A DNA stretch of 64,000 nt from a virus. The DNA lies in the IMG/VR virus record IMGVR_UViG_3300016476_000688, positions 3,597 through 67,596 of that record; one strand, written 5' to 3'. Positions 24,001-32,975 of the stretch are shown here, one piece after another. The stretch's first letter is position 1. Each line of letters starts with the position of its first letter. The notes beneath the pieces were generated by a model. The model did no database searches and had not been told where the DNA came from. It was given only the letters and a program-made list of their open reading frames with translations. The translations under genes and the position numbers were made by a program.

Positions 24001-25002
24001 ATTGGTCCTACTGGTTTCACTGGTTCAGTAGGTTTTGTTGGGTCTGTAGGTGCTACAGGGTTTACAGGTTCTGTAGGTTTTGTAGGCTCTATAGGTGCTA
24101 CAGGATTTACAGGTTCAGTAGGTTTTGTAGGATCAGTAGGCGCAACAGGTTTTACAGGTTCGGTAGGGTTCGTAGGTTCTGTAGGTGCGACTGGATTTAC
24201 AGGATCAGCAGGTTTCGTAGGTTCACGCGGGGATACTGGCTTTACTGGGTCTGTAGGATTTGTAGGGTCTGTAGGCAACACAGGGTTCACTGGTTCTCAG
24301 GGTATAACTGGCTTTACAGGTTCTCAAGGTAACTTAGGTTTTACAGGTTCTATAGGCTTTACTGGATCAGTAGGTAATACAGGATTCACAGGGTCAGTCG
24401 GTTTTGTAGGCTCTCAAGGTAATGTAGGATTCACCGGATCAGTAGGTTTTGTGGGGTCTGTTGGGGCTACTGGGTTTACCGGATCTGTAGGATTTGTAGG
24501 GTCTCAGGGTAATGTCGGCTTTACAGGTTCAGTAGGTTTTGTTGGGTCTGTAGGTAATACAGGATTTACAGGCTCAGTAGGCTTTGTAGGTTCTCAAGGA
24601 AACGTAGGATTCACTGGGTCAGTAGGATTTGTGGGGTCTGTAGGTAATACAGGATTTACAGGTTCTGTTGGATTCGTTGGTTCCGTAGGCGCGGGCTTCA
24701 CAGGATCACAAGGTAATACTGGATTCACTGGTTCTGCAGGTGCTGGCGGTGGTAGCTTAGATGGGTTAAGTGATGTTATACTAGGAGTACCAAACGCAGT
24801 TACTCTTGGTGACGTTCTATATTACAACGGAACTAACTGGATTAATGATGCTGAAATTGGTGTAACGTTAGCAGACTACGTAACTAAAGTGGTTACGCCT
24901 CTAGAGAGACAAGAAGGGTCATTAACACTAGTTCCTATAACTGTTAGCACTACAGCACCTACATCACCGTCTGTTGGTGATTTATGGGTAGATACTAATT
25001 AA
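21073..25002 (+). CDS. long collagen-like (Gly-X-Y, GFT/GSV) fibre protein (1309 aa)
   Basis: Two Gly-X-Y blocks (~21760-22620, ~23380-24750); N-term ANVKITQL; C-term TTAPTSPSVGDLWVDT. Confidence 0.85.
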   Translation: MANVKITQLEHISSSQLAPEDVFVIDDVSILATRKVTLANVVRYIGNAHAVSTNLNSYAAYANANAAALANAITALGSGGFNFAIVGDSGSDTVVVGIDSLSLLGGSGVATVVSNNAVTFSLENTAVSPGTYGGVGVTTVVPVITIGADGRIISASNATVSIDLSSIDTRLDNVESAIGNVISGVTTFTNNISVSNAVIANNYVVRGYGPVIDVNGNWVGNPSGLIGYTGSQGDPGPEGNIGFTGSIGDTGFVGSRGDSGFTGSIGFSGSRGDSGFTGSVGFVGSQGSVGFTGSIGFSGSRGDSGFTGSVGFVGSAGSTGFTGSIGFTGSLGNTGFVGSQGGLGFTGSVGNVGFVGSRGDSGFTGSVGFVGSQGNVGFVGSRGTTGFTGSVGFVGSQGTIGTTGFTGSVGFTGSVGFVGSAGTAGGAGFTGSIGFTGSAGFVGSAGTAGNTGFTGSVGFVGSAGTNGFTGSAGFVGSTGGVGFTGSAGEAGATGFTGSAGFVGSTGGVGFTGSAGPSNIINAVEDTSSTSLYPVMVGAVNSDQTAKLNSYQLYLNAGSNTFFVPNLDVSGNVQIDGSLTVSGTTTTLTATNLAVADNMFYLNNAIQATILNATGNGTAVIYTANNNYVPGMVVSVTGVNPSSFNVSGNAIIQANSTAFTIASTVTDTYISGGTARAKSNANPDLGFAAGYNDGTYHHTGLFRDATDGIWKFFKNYEPEPDASVFIDTAHASFSLAPLSVEMMYSLNGYYADGVQVIDGSGNWVGPNSNLVGYTGSAGATGFVGSAGNNGFTGSAGDAGATGFTGSVGFVGSAGTTGFTGSVGFVGSAGATGFVGSVGATGFTGSVGFVGSAGTTGFTGSVGFVGSVGATGFTGSVGFVGSVGATGFTGSVGFVGSAGTAGDPGATGFTGSRGDTGFVGSIGNTGFTGSVGFVGSVGNTGFTGSQGDIGATGFTGSVGFTGSIGFTGSVGFAGSSGDIGPTGFTGSVGFVGSVGATGFTGSVGFVGSIGATGFTGSVGFVGSVGATGFTGSVGFVGSVGATGFTGSAGFVGSRGDTGFTGSVGFVGSVGNTGFTGSQGITGFTGSQGNLGFTGSIGFTGSVGNTGFTGSVGFVGSQGNVGFTGSVGFVGSVGATGFTGSVGFVGSQGNVGFTGSVGFVGSVGNTGFTGSVGFVGSQGNVGFTGSVGFVGSVGNTGFTGSVGFVGSVGAGFTGSQGNTGFTGSAGAGGGSLDGLSDVILGVPNAVTLGDVLYYNGTNWINDAEIGVTLADYVTKVVTPLERQEGSLTLVPITVSTTAPTSPSVGDLWVDTN

Positions 25003-25014
25003 TAGGGGATAATA

Positions 25015-25179
25015 ATGTTTATAACTGGACAATTTGTAAGAGTTTTAGAACCATTTGAGCGTGATTTTCCTTCTGTATATGAGATTACAGAGGTAGTAAC
25101 ACATGATGATGGTCAAGTAGTATATATTCTTGGTGACGCAGGCGGTTTTGATGAAAAATTCTTGCAGGAAGTTGCATGA
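25015..25179 (+). CDS. 54-aa hypothetical protein
   Basis: Manual translation MFITGQFVRVLEPF...; AGGGG RBS; ATGA coupling. Confidence 0.6.
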   Translation: MFITGQFVRVLEPFERDFPSVYEITEVVTHDDGQVVYILGDAGGFDEKFLQEVA

Positions 25180-26030
25180 GTATAACCTCTACTAATGAAC
25201 TAGATAGAGCGATAGATGCTTTATATACTGATTTTACTATTAGTAAAGCAGCTATAGCTAACGGAGCAGTAGGCCAGTATATATCTCTTTGGAGAGCTAC
25301 TGGTCTACCTGCGCAAGGAGCTATACCTACAGGTGTTGGGGTTGGGCCACAAACCCCTGATAACACTACTACAGGTGCTTTGAACTTTACTAACAGAACA
25401 TTACCTCAAAGATCTTATATATCTTCTATGGAAATGTCCTCTACAAACCCAATACATACTTTAGAGATACACGATAGACTTGCTCACCAAGGTGGTTTTG
25501 TTGGTAACGTTACTACTTCACAGATTGCTGCTTTTGACTTTAACGCCTTGCTGATATCACAGAACTTAGACGCCAGAAAAGGCGACACAAACTATTCTGA
25601 CATTCAATGGTGGTTAGAATGGTATACAGATACAGGTGCGACAGCATCAAACGCAACTATAAACGTTGTGTTTAATGATGGTACTTCTGGTAACTTATCT
25701 GTAGTAGCAGTAGGTGGTACTGTAAGAGCGGGTCGTATGATACCACTAAACTCCTTAATAGCCTCCGCGGATCAAGGTAAATTTATAAGAGGAGTTAATA
25801 ACATCACGCTATCTGCTTCAACTGGTACTGCAGGCAACTTCGGTATAACTGCGACTCGTTATCGCTGTTCTATACTAGCCCGCTCTGTCAACGTTAAAAA
25901 CTCAGCTTTATGGGATAAACTAGGGTTTCCTGAAATACTTGCTAGCAGTTGCTTGTTTCCTGTTACTGTGATAGGTAGCGGAACTACTAGCGGCACAGTA
26001 CAATCAAAAGTTAAAATGGTATATATGTAA
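25176..26030 (+). CDS. virion protein, triplicated family copy 1
   Basis: LEIHDRLAH.GG, LDARKGD.NYSD.QWWLE, ATRYR shared among three tandem ORFs. Confidence 0.8.
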   Translation: MSITSTNELDRAIDALYTDFTISKAAIANGAVGQYISLWRATGLPAQGAIPTGVGVGPQTPDNTTTGALNFTNRTLPQRSYISSMEMSSTNPIHTLEIHDRLAHQGGFVGNVTTSQIAAFDFNALLISQNLDARKGDTNYSDIQWWLEWYTDTGATASNATINVVFNDGTSGNLSVVAVGGTVRAGRMIPLNSLIASADQGKFIRGVNNITLSASTGTAGNFGITATRYRCSILARSVNVKNSALWDKLGFPEILASSCLFPVTVIGSGTTSGTVQSKVKMVYM

Positions 26031-26879
26031 ATGACAATAACAACTAAGGACGAATTAGAATTAGCTTTAGATTCTCGTTATACGACTCATATAGGGAGTA
26101 AGGCTTCTATCGCTAACGCTTTAGCTGGACATTTTATGTCAACTTGGCCAAGCGCGGGATTACCTTCGACCGGCGCCATACCTACTAGTACAGCCAGCGT
26201 ACTAGCTAACGGAACATTAGGTGGCTTTGTTTTTATGACTCAGACTGCCCCTCTAACTAGTTATTTAGCTGAGATTGAATATACTTCTGGCTTACAAAAT
26301 AACACTTTAGAGATACATGATAGACTAGCTCATGCAGGTGGTTTAAGCGGTACTCTTACGACTGTACAGACAGTAACTAGCTTAGACTTACTTACCTTAG
26401 CAGGAACTGCCAACATCGACGCCCGCAAAGGTGATGCTAACTACTCTGACGTACAGTGGTGGCTAGAAATATTTAGTGATCTAGGTTCTACAGGTGCGAC
26501 AGCTACTGTAAACGTTACATACAACGATGGAACGACTGGTAACTTAACTGGTACTCCGATCGGTAACAACGATAGACGTTTAGGTAGAATGATACCCCTT
26601 AATCCATTAGTACCTGTTGCAGATACTGGTAAGTTTATAAGAGGCATAAACTCTGTGCAGCTTAGTGCTTCTACTACTACTGCAGGTAACTTTGGTTTTG
26701 TAGCTACTAGATACAGAGGCAGCGTGTTCGCGGAACAAGCTAATGAACGCTACAGAAAAACTTGGACAGAGATTGGTATGCCGAATATTGTAAATAACAG
26801 TTGTTTGTTTATGATTGTTTTATGCTCTGGTACTGCGACAGGTACTACTACCGCAAAGTTAAAAATTATTTATGGATAA
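26031..26879 (+). CDS. virion protein, triplicated family copy 2
   Basis: Same motifs. Confidence 0.8.
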   Translation: MTITTKDELELALDSRYTTHIGSKASIANALAGHFMSTWPSAGLPSTGAIPTSTASVLANGTLGGFVFMTQTAPLTSYLAEIEYTSGLQNNTLEIHDRLAHAGGLSGTLTTVQTVTSLDLLTLAGTANIDARKGDANYSDVQWWLEIFSDLGSTGATATVNVTYNDGTTGNLTGTPIGNNDRRLGRMIPLNPLVPVADTGKFIRGINSVQLSASTTTAGNFGFVATRYRGSVFAEQANERYRKTWTEIGMPNIVNNSCLFMIVLCSGTATGTTTAKLKIIYG

Positions 26880-26887
26880 GGACTATA

Positions 26888-27727
26888 ATGACAATATCTA
26901 GTGTAGATCAGCTAATTAACTCTTTGGGTAATAATTCTTCGAGAATTATTATAGATAAAACATCGTTGGCTAACGCAGCGGCTGGTCAGTATTTTTCTAA
27001 ATGGCGCGCCTTGGGGTACCCAGGGCAGGGCGCTATACCTGGTGCCGCAGCTGTAACTTCTAACTCTACTACCGGGTGTTTGGGGTTTACACAACAAACA
27101 TCACCGGCAAGTAGTTATTTTGGGCACTTCGAAGCTATTGCTGCAACCGCAGGTATGACTGTAGAAATACACGATAGGCTTATGCACATGGGGGGTCTTA
27201 ACGGAACCCTTACAACTGCACAAACTGTAAACGTTGACATCAATGCTAACCTTGCTACCTCAAACCTTGATGCACGTAAAGGTGATGCTAACTATTCAGA
27301 TATTCAGTGGTGGCTAGAGTGGTACACCGATACTGGAGCTACAGCGTCAAACGCTACAGTAAACGTTACATACAATGATGGTACTTCTGGTAACTTATCA
27401 GTTGTTGCTGTTGGTGGTACTGTACGTGCTGGTCGTATGATACCTCTCAACTCATTAATTCCTTCAGCAGATTCTGGGAAATATATTCGAGACGTAAATA
27501 CGGTACAGCTATCAGCTTCCACTGGTACTGCTGGTAGCTTTGGAGTCACAGCCACGCGCTATCGTGGAGGAGTGTTTACTCCTGTTGCTAACGGTCGTTT
27601 TACTGCTACTTGGTCTGAGCTAGGTCTAACTGAAATTTTTAATAGCTCTTGCTTATTCCCTGTAGTAATAGCTAATACTACCTCTACAGGCGCTTTACGG
27701 GCTACTGGAAAAATAATACATGGCTAA
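26888..27727 (+). CDS. virion protein, triplicated family copy 3
   Basis: Same motifs; start trimmed to the ATG at 26888 behind AAGGA. Confidence 0.8.
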   Translation: MTISSVDQLINSLGNNSSRIIIDKTSLANAAAGQYFSKWRALGYPGQGAIPGAAAVTSNSTTGCLGFTQQTSPASSYFGHFEAIAATAGMTVEIHDRLMHMGGLNGTLTTAQTVNVDINANLATSNLDARKGDANYSDIQWWLEWYTDTGATASNATVNVTYNDGTSGNLSVVAVGGTVRAGRMIPLNSLIPSADSGKYIRDVNTVQLSASTGTAGSFGVTATRYRGGVFTPVANGRFTATWSELGLTEIFNSSCLFPVVIANTTSTGALRATGKIIHG

Positions 27728-28586
27728 GAGCTTTTATAGAAAAACTCAATCACCTATAACCGGCGGCGATTCTCTCTGGTTCGGACTGAACCAGTCTGGT
27801 AATATATTTGTTGATGAGTTTTTCGGACTACCTTCTACAACTGTACGATATTCAGGTCCTGTAGTACAGTCTATAGGAGATAACTCATCTTTTAGTTTCA
27901 CGGCAGACATTGACGAGTACTCTTCTGACAGAATAATCTTAATGTGTATTCTAAGTAGTCAAAGTGGCACTCAGCCTAATTTTACGTCTTGCACTATAGG
28001 CGGCGCCACTGCTACTGTTTTACAGCGAGATAACGGTACCTCAGAAGATTTACATACCTGGTTGGCAGCTACCCCAACTACTTCAGGTGTTGTACCTATT
28101 ACGTACAATGTGTCTGCTACAAGTTTTTATACGGTTGCTGCTGTGTGGGCTGTATATGGATTCGGGGACTATAGATCTATAGATTTTAACTCTGATACAG
28201 TATTCCCAGCAAACGCTGCTGTAACACCGTTAATAACTAATAACGGTGCAGTATTTGGTGCTTTCACTACTTTTACTGATCAAAATGCTCATTTTGATAT
28301 ATCTAGATTACCGCCTACAGCTACAGGTATCAGATTAGGGCCTAGAGAGTTTTACTTTGTAGATAGAGGTAGAGTCTCTGGTACAACTTTCGCACTTTTA
28401 AGTGATTCAGAACAAACATACGCGGCTTCTGCTATATCAATTAGTCCTGCAGTAGGAACTGCTGGGTACATTAAGGTGTGGACAGGTTCCACTTGGGATT
28501 TAAAACCAGTTAAATACTGGACAGGCTCTTCTTGGGTGCAAAAACCAGTTAAGTACTGGGATGGGGCTTCTTGGACACTAGCATAA
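27720..28586 (+). CDS. minor virion protein with C-terminal K(V/Y)W.G.SW repeats
   Basis: YIKVWTGSTWDLKPVKYWTGSSWVQKPVKYWDGASW. Confidence 0.7.
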   Translation: MAKSFYRKTQSPITGGDSLWFGLNQSGNIFVDEFFGLPSTTVRYSGPVVQSIGDNSSFSFTADIDEYSSDRIILMCILSSQSGTQPNFTSCTIGGATATVLQRDNGTSEDLHTWLAATPTTSGVVPITYNVSATSFYTVAAVWAVYGFGDYRSIDFNSDTVFPANAAVTPLITNNGAVFGAFTTFTDQNAHFDISRLPPTATGIRLGPREFYFVDRGRVSGTTFALLSDSEQTYAASAISISPAVGTAGYIKVWTGSTWDLKPVKYWTGSSWVQKPVKYWDGASWTLA

Positions 28587-28658
28587 TCCTTATGCAAGAA
28601 AGTTGTGGTAAAACTTAAACTACGTGTTATAATGCTATTATAATTATATGGTAACAAT

Positions 28659-30647
28659 ATGAAAATAGCTATTATTGACATTCTAGGACTAACTTACGAC
28701 GGAAACACTCTAAACAACCGCGGACTCGGTGGCTCTGAGTCTGCGGTTATTCTTATGTCACGCGAGCTTGTAAAGCTAGGTTACTCCGTAACCGTATACT
28801 GCTCGTGTATTGATTCTGAGGCTAAGCCAGGTATTTATGACGGTGTGCGTTACGTAGATCACTCCCAAGCTGATACAACTGAAAGCTACGATATTGTAAT
28901 AGCGTCTAGAACTGTAGCCCCTTTTAGAGCTACAAATAAATATGCACCCTTAGTTATGCGTGCAGCTTATAGAGTACTGTGGATGCACGATACATTTACA
29001 GACGGGGATCAAGATTTAGAAGCTATGGTAGTAGGCGGTTTTATTAATCGCATATTTACTCTTAGTGATTTTCACACCATCTACGCAACTAACTGTGATC
29101 ACGGTGCCAGACGCAATTTTGAAATGCTAAAACCTTATATATTTCAAACGCGCAACGGAGCCGTTAAGCATATTGATTACGTTGATGTAACTACTAAAGA
29201 TCGCAATCTTTTTGTATATAATGCCAGCGCTACCAAAGGGCTAATCCCACTAGTCAAAGGCGTCTGGCCTCGCGTTAAAGCAGCTATACCAGACGCTAAA
29301 CTAGTGTGTGTAGGCGGTTACTACAGGTTCAGAGAAGGATCTGAGCCTGATGCACAAGAAAAAACTGTTAGAGAACTAGTCGCAGATCCTACGCTAAAAA
29401 ATATGGATGTACGTTTTACTGGTGTTATAAAGCAGGCTGAGATAGCTCAGCTACTAGCCAGTGCGAGCTTTATGTTATATCCTACAGCTTTTCCTGAAAC
29501 ATTTGGTATTAGTTCATTAGAATCTCTACTATATCGTACACCAATTATTACAGCTAGATTTGGTGCGCTCGAAGAAACTGCAATAGACGCAGCTTGCTAC
29601 AAACTGCCGTACTCAACTACTCCTAATTCGCTATTTCCTCGCATTAATGAGAGCGCACAAATAGTTGCTTTTGTAGAAGAGACTCTACGTGCCTACTATA
29701 CTCCGTATATCCTGCAACAAAAACAACATGCGTGTGCTGTAGTTGATGACGTACATGGTTGGGATACTGTAGCTCTACAGTGGCATCAACATTTCTATCG
29801 TCAGTTTAAGCGCTTCTTACCGGTAGATCAGTTTAGAGCTGTTGATAGAATCAATACTAAAGTCTCACGAGTATTTGGTAGACGTTTTGCTAATGAGGAA
29901 AGCATCCGTAAGTATAACAGCTATGGCGCAGAGCGACGAATCGTAGTAGTATCACCGTTCTATAATGCTGAAAAGTATATTAAAGCTTGTATTGAGTCTG
30001 TAGCGCAACAAGATTATGATAATTATGTTCATTACCTAATAGATGATGTATCTACCGATAAATCATTCAGAGTTGCACTAGATACTATTGATGCTCTTCC
30101 TGCTAGAATTAAAAATCGTTTCATCTTAATGTCTAACGAAACAAAACAGTATGCAATTGGTAATCAATTTTACTGTTTTAACAAAGTTTCAGACGATGAT
30201 ATAGTAATGTTGTTGGACGGAGACGATTGGTTAGTAAACAATAATACTATATTTAAATATTATAATGATCTTTATGATCAAGGTTATGATTTTACATACG
30301 GATCTATGTGGAGTTTAGCAGATAATATACCGCTCGTAGCACAGCAGTATCCCCCAGACGTGATAAAAAACAAAACATTCTCTGATCATAAGTTTACTTG
30401 GGGTATTCCATATACTCATTTACGTACTACACTTGGATCGCACGTACGTTCGCTAGAATCTTCACTGTATAAGCGCAATGAAAAATGGTTTACCGCTGGT
30501 GCGGATAACCCTCTATTCTATGATTTAATATCACGTAGCGCAAAACCGTTAGCAGTACAAGAAATTGTGTGTAATTATAACGATTTAAACCCTTTAAATG
30601 ACTATAAAGTCAATGCTTATGAGCAAAAAATTAACTCTAGGACTTAG
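28659..30647 (+). CDS. two-domain glycosyltransferase (GT4/GT-B + GT2)
   Basis: GGSE, YPTAFPETFGISSLE (GT4); SPFYNAEKYI..CIESV..Q, IDD.S.D, LDGDD (GT2). Confidence 0.85.
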   Translation: MKIAIIDILGLTYDGNTLNNRGLGGSESAVILMSRELVKLGYSVTVYCSCIDSEAKPGIYDGVRYVDHSQADTTESYDIVIASRTVAPFRATNKYAPLVMRAAYRVLWMHDTFTDGDQDLEAMVVGGFINRIFTLSDFHTIYATNCDHGARRNFEMLKPYIFQTRNGAVKHIDYVDVTTKDRNLFVYNASATKGLIPLVKGVWPRVKAAIPDAKLVCVGGYYRFREGSEPDAQEKTVRELVADPTLKNMDVRFTGVIKQAEIAQLLASASFMLYPTAFPETFGISSLESLLYRTPIITARFGALEETAIDAACYKLPYSTTPNSLFPRINESAQIVAFVEETLRAYYTPYILQQKQHACAVVDDVHGWDTVALQWHQHFYRQFKRFLPVDQFRAVDRINTKVSRVFGRRFANEESIRKYNSYGAERRIVVVSPFYNAEKYIKACIESVAQQDYDNYVHYLIDDVSTDKSFRVALDTIDALPARIKNRFILMSNETKQYAIGNQFYCFNKVSDDDIVMLLDGDDWLVNNNTIFKYYNDLYDQGYDFTYGSMWSLADNIPLVAQQYPPDVIKNKTFSDHKFTWGIPYTHLRTTLGSHVRSLESSLYKRNEKWFTAGADNPLFYDLISRSAKPLAVQEIVCNYNDLNPLNDYKVNAYEQKINSRT

Positions 30648-30653
30648 TATAAC

Positions 30654-32564
30654 ATGTTTTCAGTAGTAACTTTGACTATGTGGCGGGCTCCAGAAGTGTT
30701 TCAGCGAGCACTAAACGGATACATCGCTCATAATTTAGTAGAAGAAATACTAATTATCAATAATGATGCTTCAAAAACTCCTGATTGGCCTCAACTTAAG
30801 CACCCAAAAGTGCGAATGTTTAACCAATCTGATAACATTAAGGTGAATCCTGGGTGGAATTTAGGTGTTGCCCTTGCAAAAAATGACAAATTGTGTATAG
30901 CAAACGATGATATTGAGTTTGATATTCGACTTTTTGACAAAATATACCACAGAGTCGTCCCAGAATTAGGTGCTCATGGTATAATTACGGGCGAAGCACA
31001 CTTTAATCAGCCGCCTACTACTGATGGTAGCATAAGTTTTAAGCGCTGGGAGCCTGGAGACATTATTCATTGCTTTGGCCAGCTAATGTTTGTGCATAGA
31101 GCCAACTGGATACCCATAAGACCTGAGTTACAAATTTATTTTGGTGATGATACAATTTTCCACTATCATTTGTATAAGGGATTAGATAACTATTTAATCT
31201 ATAACATCAATTTCTACTCACCGATGGCTGCCACAACTAGTGATTTATCAATCACGGCAGGTGTTCACGATAAAGAACTGCCGTTCTATCAAGAGTGGGC
31301 TCGAAGCTATCCAATTGATTATAGCAGATTTAGTCAGAATAAACGTATTTTAATAGCAGTTCCTACTGGTAGAAATATTGAAGCTGAAACTTTTAAGTCT
31401 ATTTATGACTTAGAAGTACCATCTGGTTATTCTACTGACTTTCAGTTCTTTTATGGTTATCAGATAGATCAGATTCGAAATCTAATTGCAGACTGGGGTA
31501 AACGTTATGATTACTTATTCTGTGTAGATAGTGATATAGTTTTACCTAGAGACACTCTAGTAAAGATGCTAGCAGCTAAAAAAGATATTGTTAGTGGTTT
31601 GTACATACAAAGAAAACCAGGACACCATATTCTTGAGATTTACAGAGATAATGAAGCAGGCGGCGTAACCAACATACCTTATGAGTTATTAAAAAATAAA
31701 GGATTAGTTGAAGTCGCTGCTTGTGGTATGGGTTGCTGTCTAATTGATAGCGAGGTCTTACGCACAATGCCGTACCCACACTTCGTATATCGTTCTGCGC
31801 TAAGTCACTTTAATACTTTTAGTGAGGATATTTACTTCTGTCTCGAAGCCAGAAAGCTAGGCTTTAAAGTATGGGCTGATACTACTATAAAGTGTGATCA
31901 TATCGGCTCTACCCGCTTTATAGTTGAACAAAAGACTATCCTAGAGCAGATTGCAGAAACTGACTTACTACCTAAAGAACATGCAGACTACTTAAAAAGT
32001 ATGAATGTAAGTCCCGCTGTAGTTTATGATATAGGAGCCTGTGTACTGCATTGGACTAGAAAAGCAAAAGAGGCCTGGCCAGGTGCTCAATACTATCTAT
32101 TTGATGCAACTAGCTCTACGATCCCATTTCATGAAAGTTCAGGGCATCCTTGGTACAACGGTGTTCTAACTGACGCAGATAACAAGTTAGTAGAGTTTTA
32201 TGAAAACTTAGACCACCCTGGAGGTAACTCTTACTACAAAGAGAATACTAGCGCATACTCTGATAAACATAAACAACTAAAGCTAGGTTATACACTTGAT
32301 ACCATTGTACAGCGTAATTACTGGCCATTCCCTGATCTAATTAAAATGGATGTTCAAGGTGCTGAGCTAGATATTTTAAAGGGTGCTTCTAACTGTCTAG
32401 CTACTTGTAAAGATATTATATTAGAAGCTCAACATGTGGACTATAACTTAGGTGCTCCAAAGATTGAAGAAATTACTAAATACCTAGAGTCTTGTGGCTT
32501 CAAATTAGTTAGCAATTTTACTAAAGGTGACGTAGACGGGGACTACCACTTTACTAAAGCCTAG
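30654..32564 (+). CDS. GT2 + GT2 + FkbM-type methyltransferase fusion
   Basis: NDDI; VDSDI...GMGCCLI...SEDIYFC; YDIGA...KMDVQGAELDILKG. Confidence 0.85.
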   Translation: MFSVVTLTMWRAPEVFQRALNGYIAHNLVEEILIINNDASKTPDWPQLKHPKVRMFNQSDNIKVNPGWNLGVALAKNDKLCIANDDIEFDIRLFDKIYHRVVPELGAHGIITGEAHFNQPPTTDGSISFKRWEPGDIIHCFGQLMFVHRANWIPIRPELQIYFGDDTIFHYHLYKGLDNYLIYNINFYSPMAATTSDLSITAGVHDKELPFYQEWARSYPIDYSRFSQNKRILIAVPTGRNIEAETFKSIYDLEVPSGYSTDFQFFYGYQIDQIRNLIADWGKRYDYLFCVDSDIVLPRDTLVKMLAAKKDIVSGLYIQRKPGHHILEIYRDNEAGGVTNIPYELLKNKGLVEVAACGMGCCLIDSEVLRTMPYPHFVYRSALSHFNTFSEDIYFCLEARKLGFKVWADTTIKCDHIGSTRFIVEQKTILEQIAETDLLPKEHADYLKSMNVSPAVVYDIGACVLHWTRKAKEAWPGAQYYLFDATSSTIPFHESSGHPWYNGVLTDADNKLVEFYENLDHPGGNSYYKENTSAYSDKHKQLKLGYTLDTIVQRNYWPFPDLIKMDVQGAELDILKGASNCLATCKDIILEAQHVDYNLGAPKIEEITKYLESCGFKLVSNFTKGDVDGDYHFTKA

Positions 32565-32675
32565 TAAGGTAATTGTACTTATAAATTTTGGACTTTGCCT
32601 TGCTATCTGTTATACTAATGAAGTGTAGTCGCTTGCGGCTATAAACTTAGTGTTCGAGAAGACTATAGGTGAAAA

Positions 32676-32975
32676 ATGGAAACAAGAGAACTTGATCAAA
32701 TTAGATCTGAGCTTAATAGTCTTCATGAAAGGTCAAACAATAATAAAATATCAATAGCGACCTTAGAGGCTGTTAATGAGCAAAGGTTCAATAATATACT
32801 AGCCTGTTTAGAGACTATGAGAAAAGAGATGGAAGTGCAGAATGCAACTATCGCTAATCTACAGTCTTTAGCTACGGAGGGCAAAACTTCGCTAAAAACT
32901 CTATTATGGATAGGTGGTTTTATAGCAAGTGCAGTAGCGTTTTTTGTAATGATTTATGACACAATTCCTAAATGA
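32676..32975 (+). CDS. coiled-coil protein with C-terminal TM (XhlA/holin-like)
   Basis: Heptad region plus one hydrophobic helix; promoter at 32589-32616. Confidence 0.6.
   Translation: METRELDQIRSELNSLHERSNNNKISIATLEAVNEQRFNNILACLETMRKEMEVQNATIANLQSLATEGKTSLKTLLWIGGFIASAVAFFVMIYDTIPK

Noticed and set aside
21927-24290. Pro-rich minus-strand ORFs (21927-22709, 23385-24290, 16251-16436)
   Set aside because: They are the reverse-complement of Gly-X-Y codons of the collagen fibres.
21760-24750. Frequent GGATTC (GANTC) in the collagen blocks as methylation signals
   Set aside because: Explained by Gly-Phe codons GGA-TTC.
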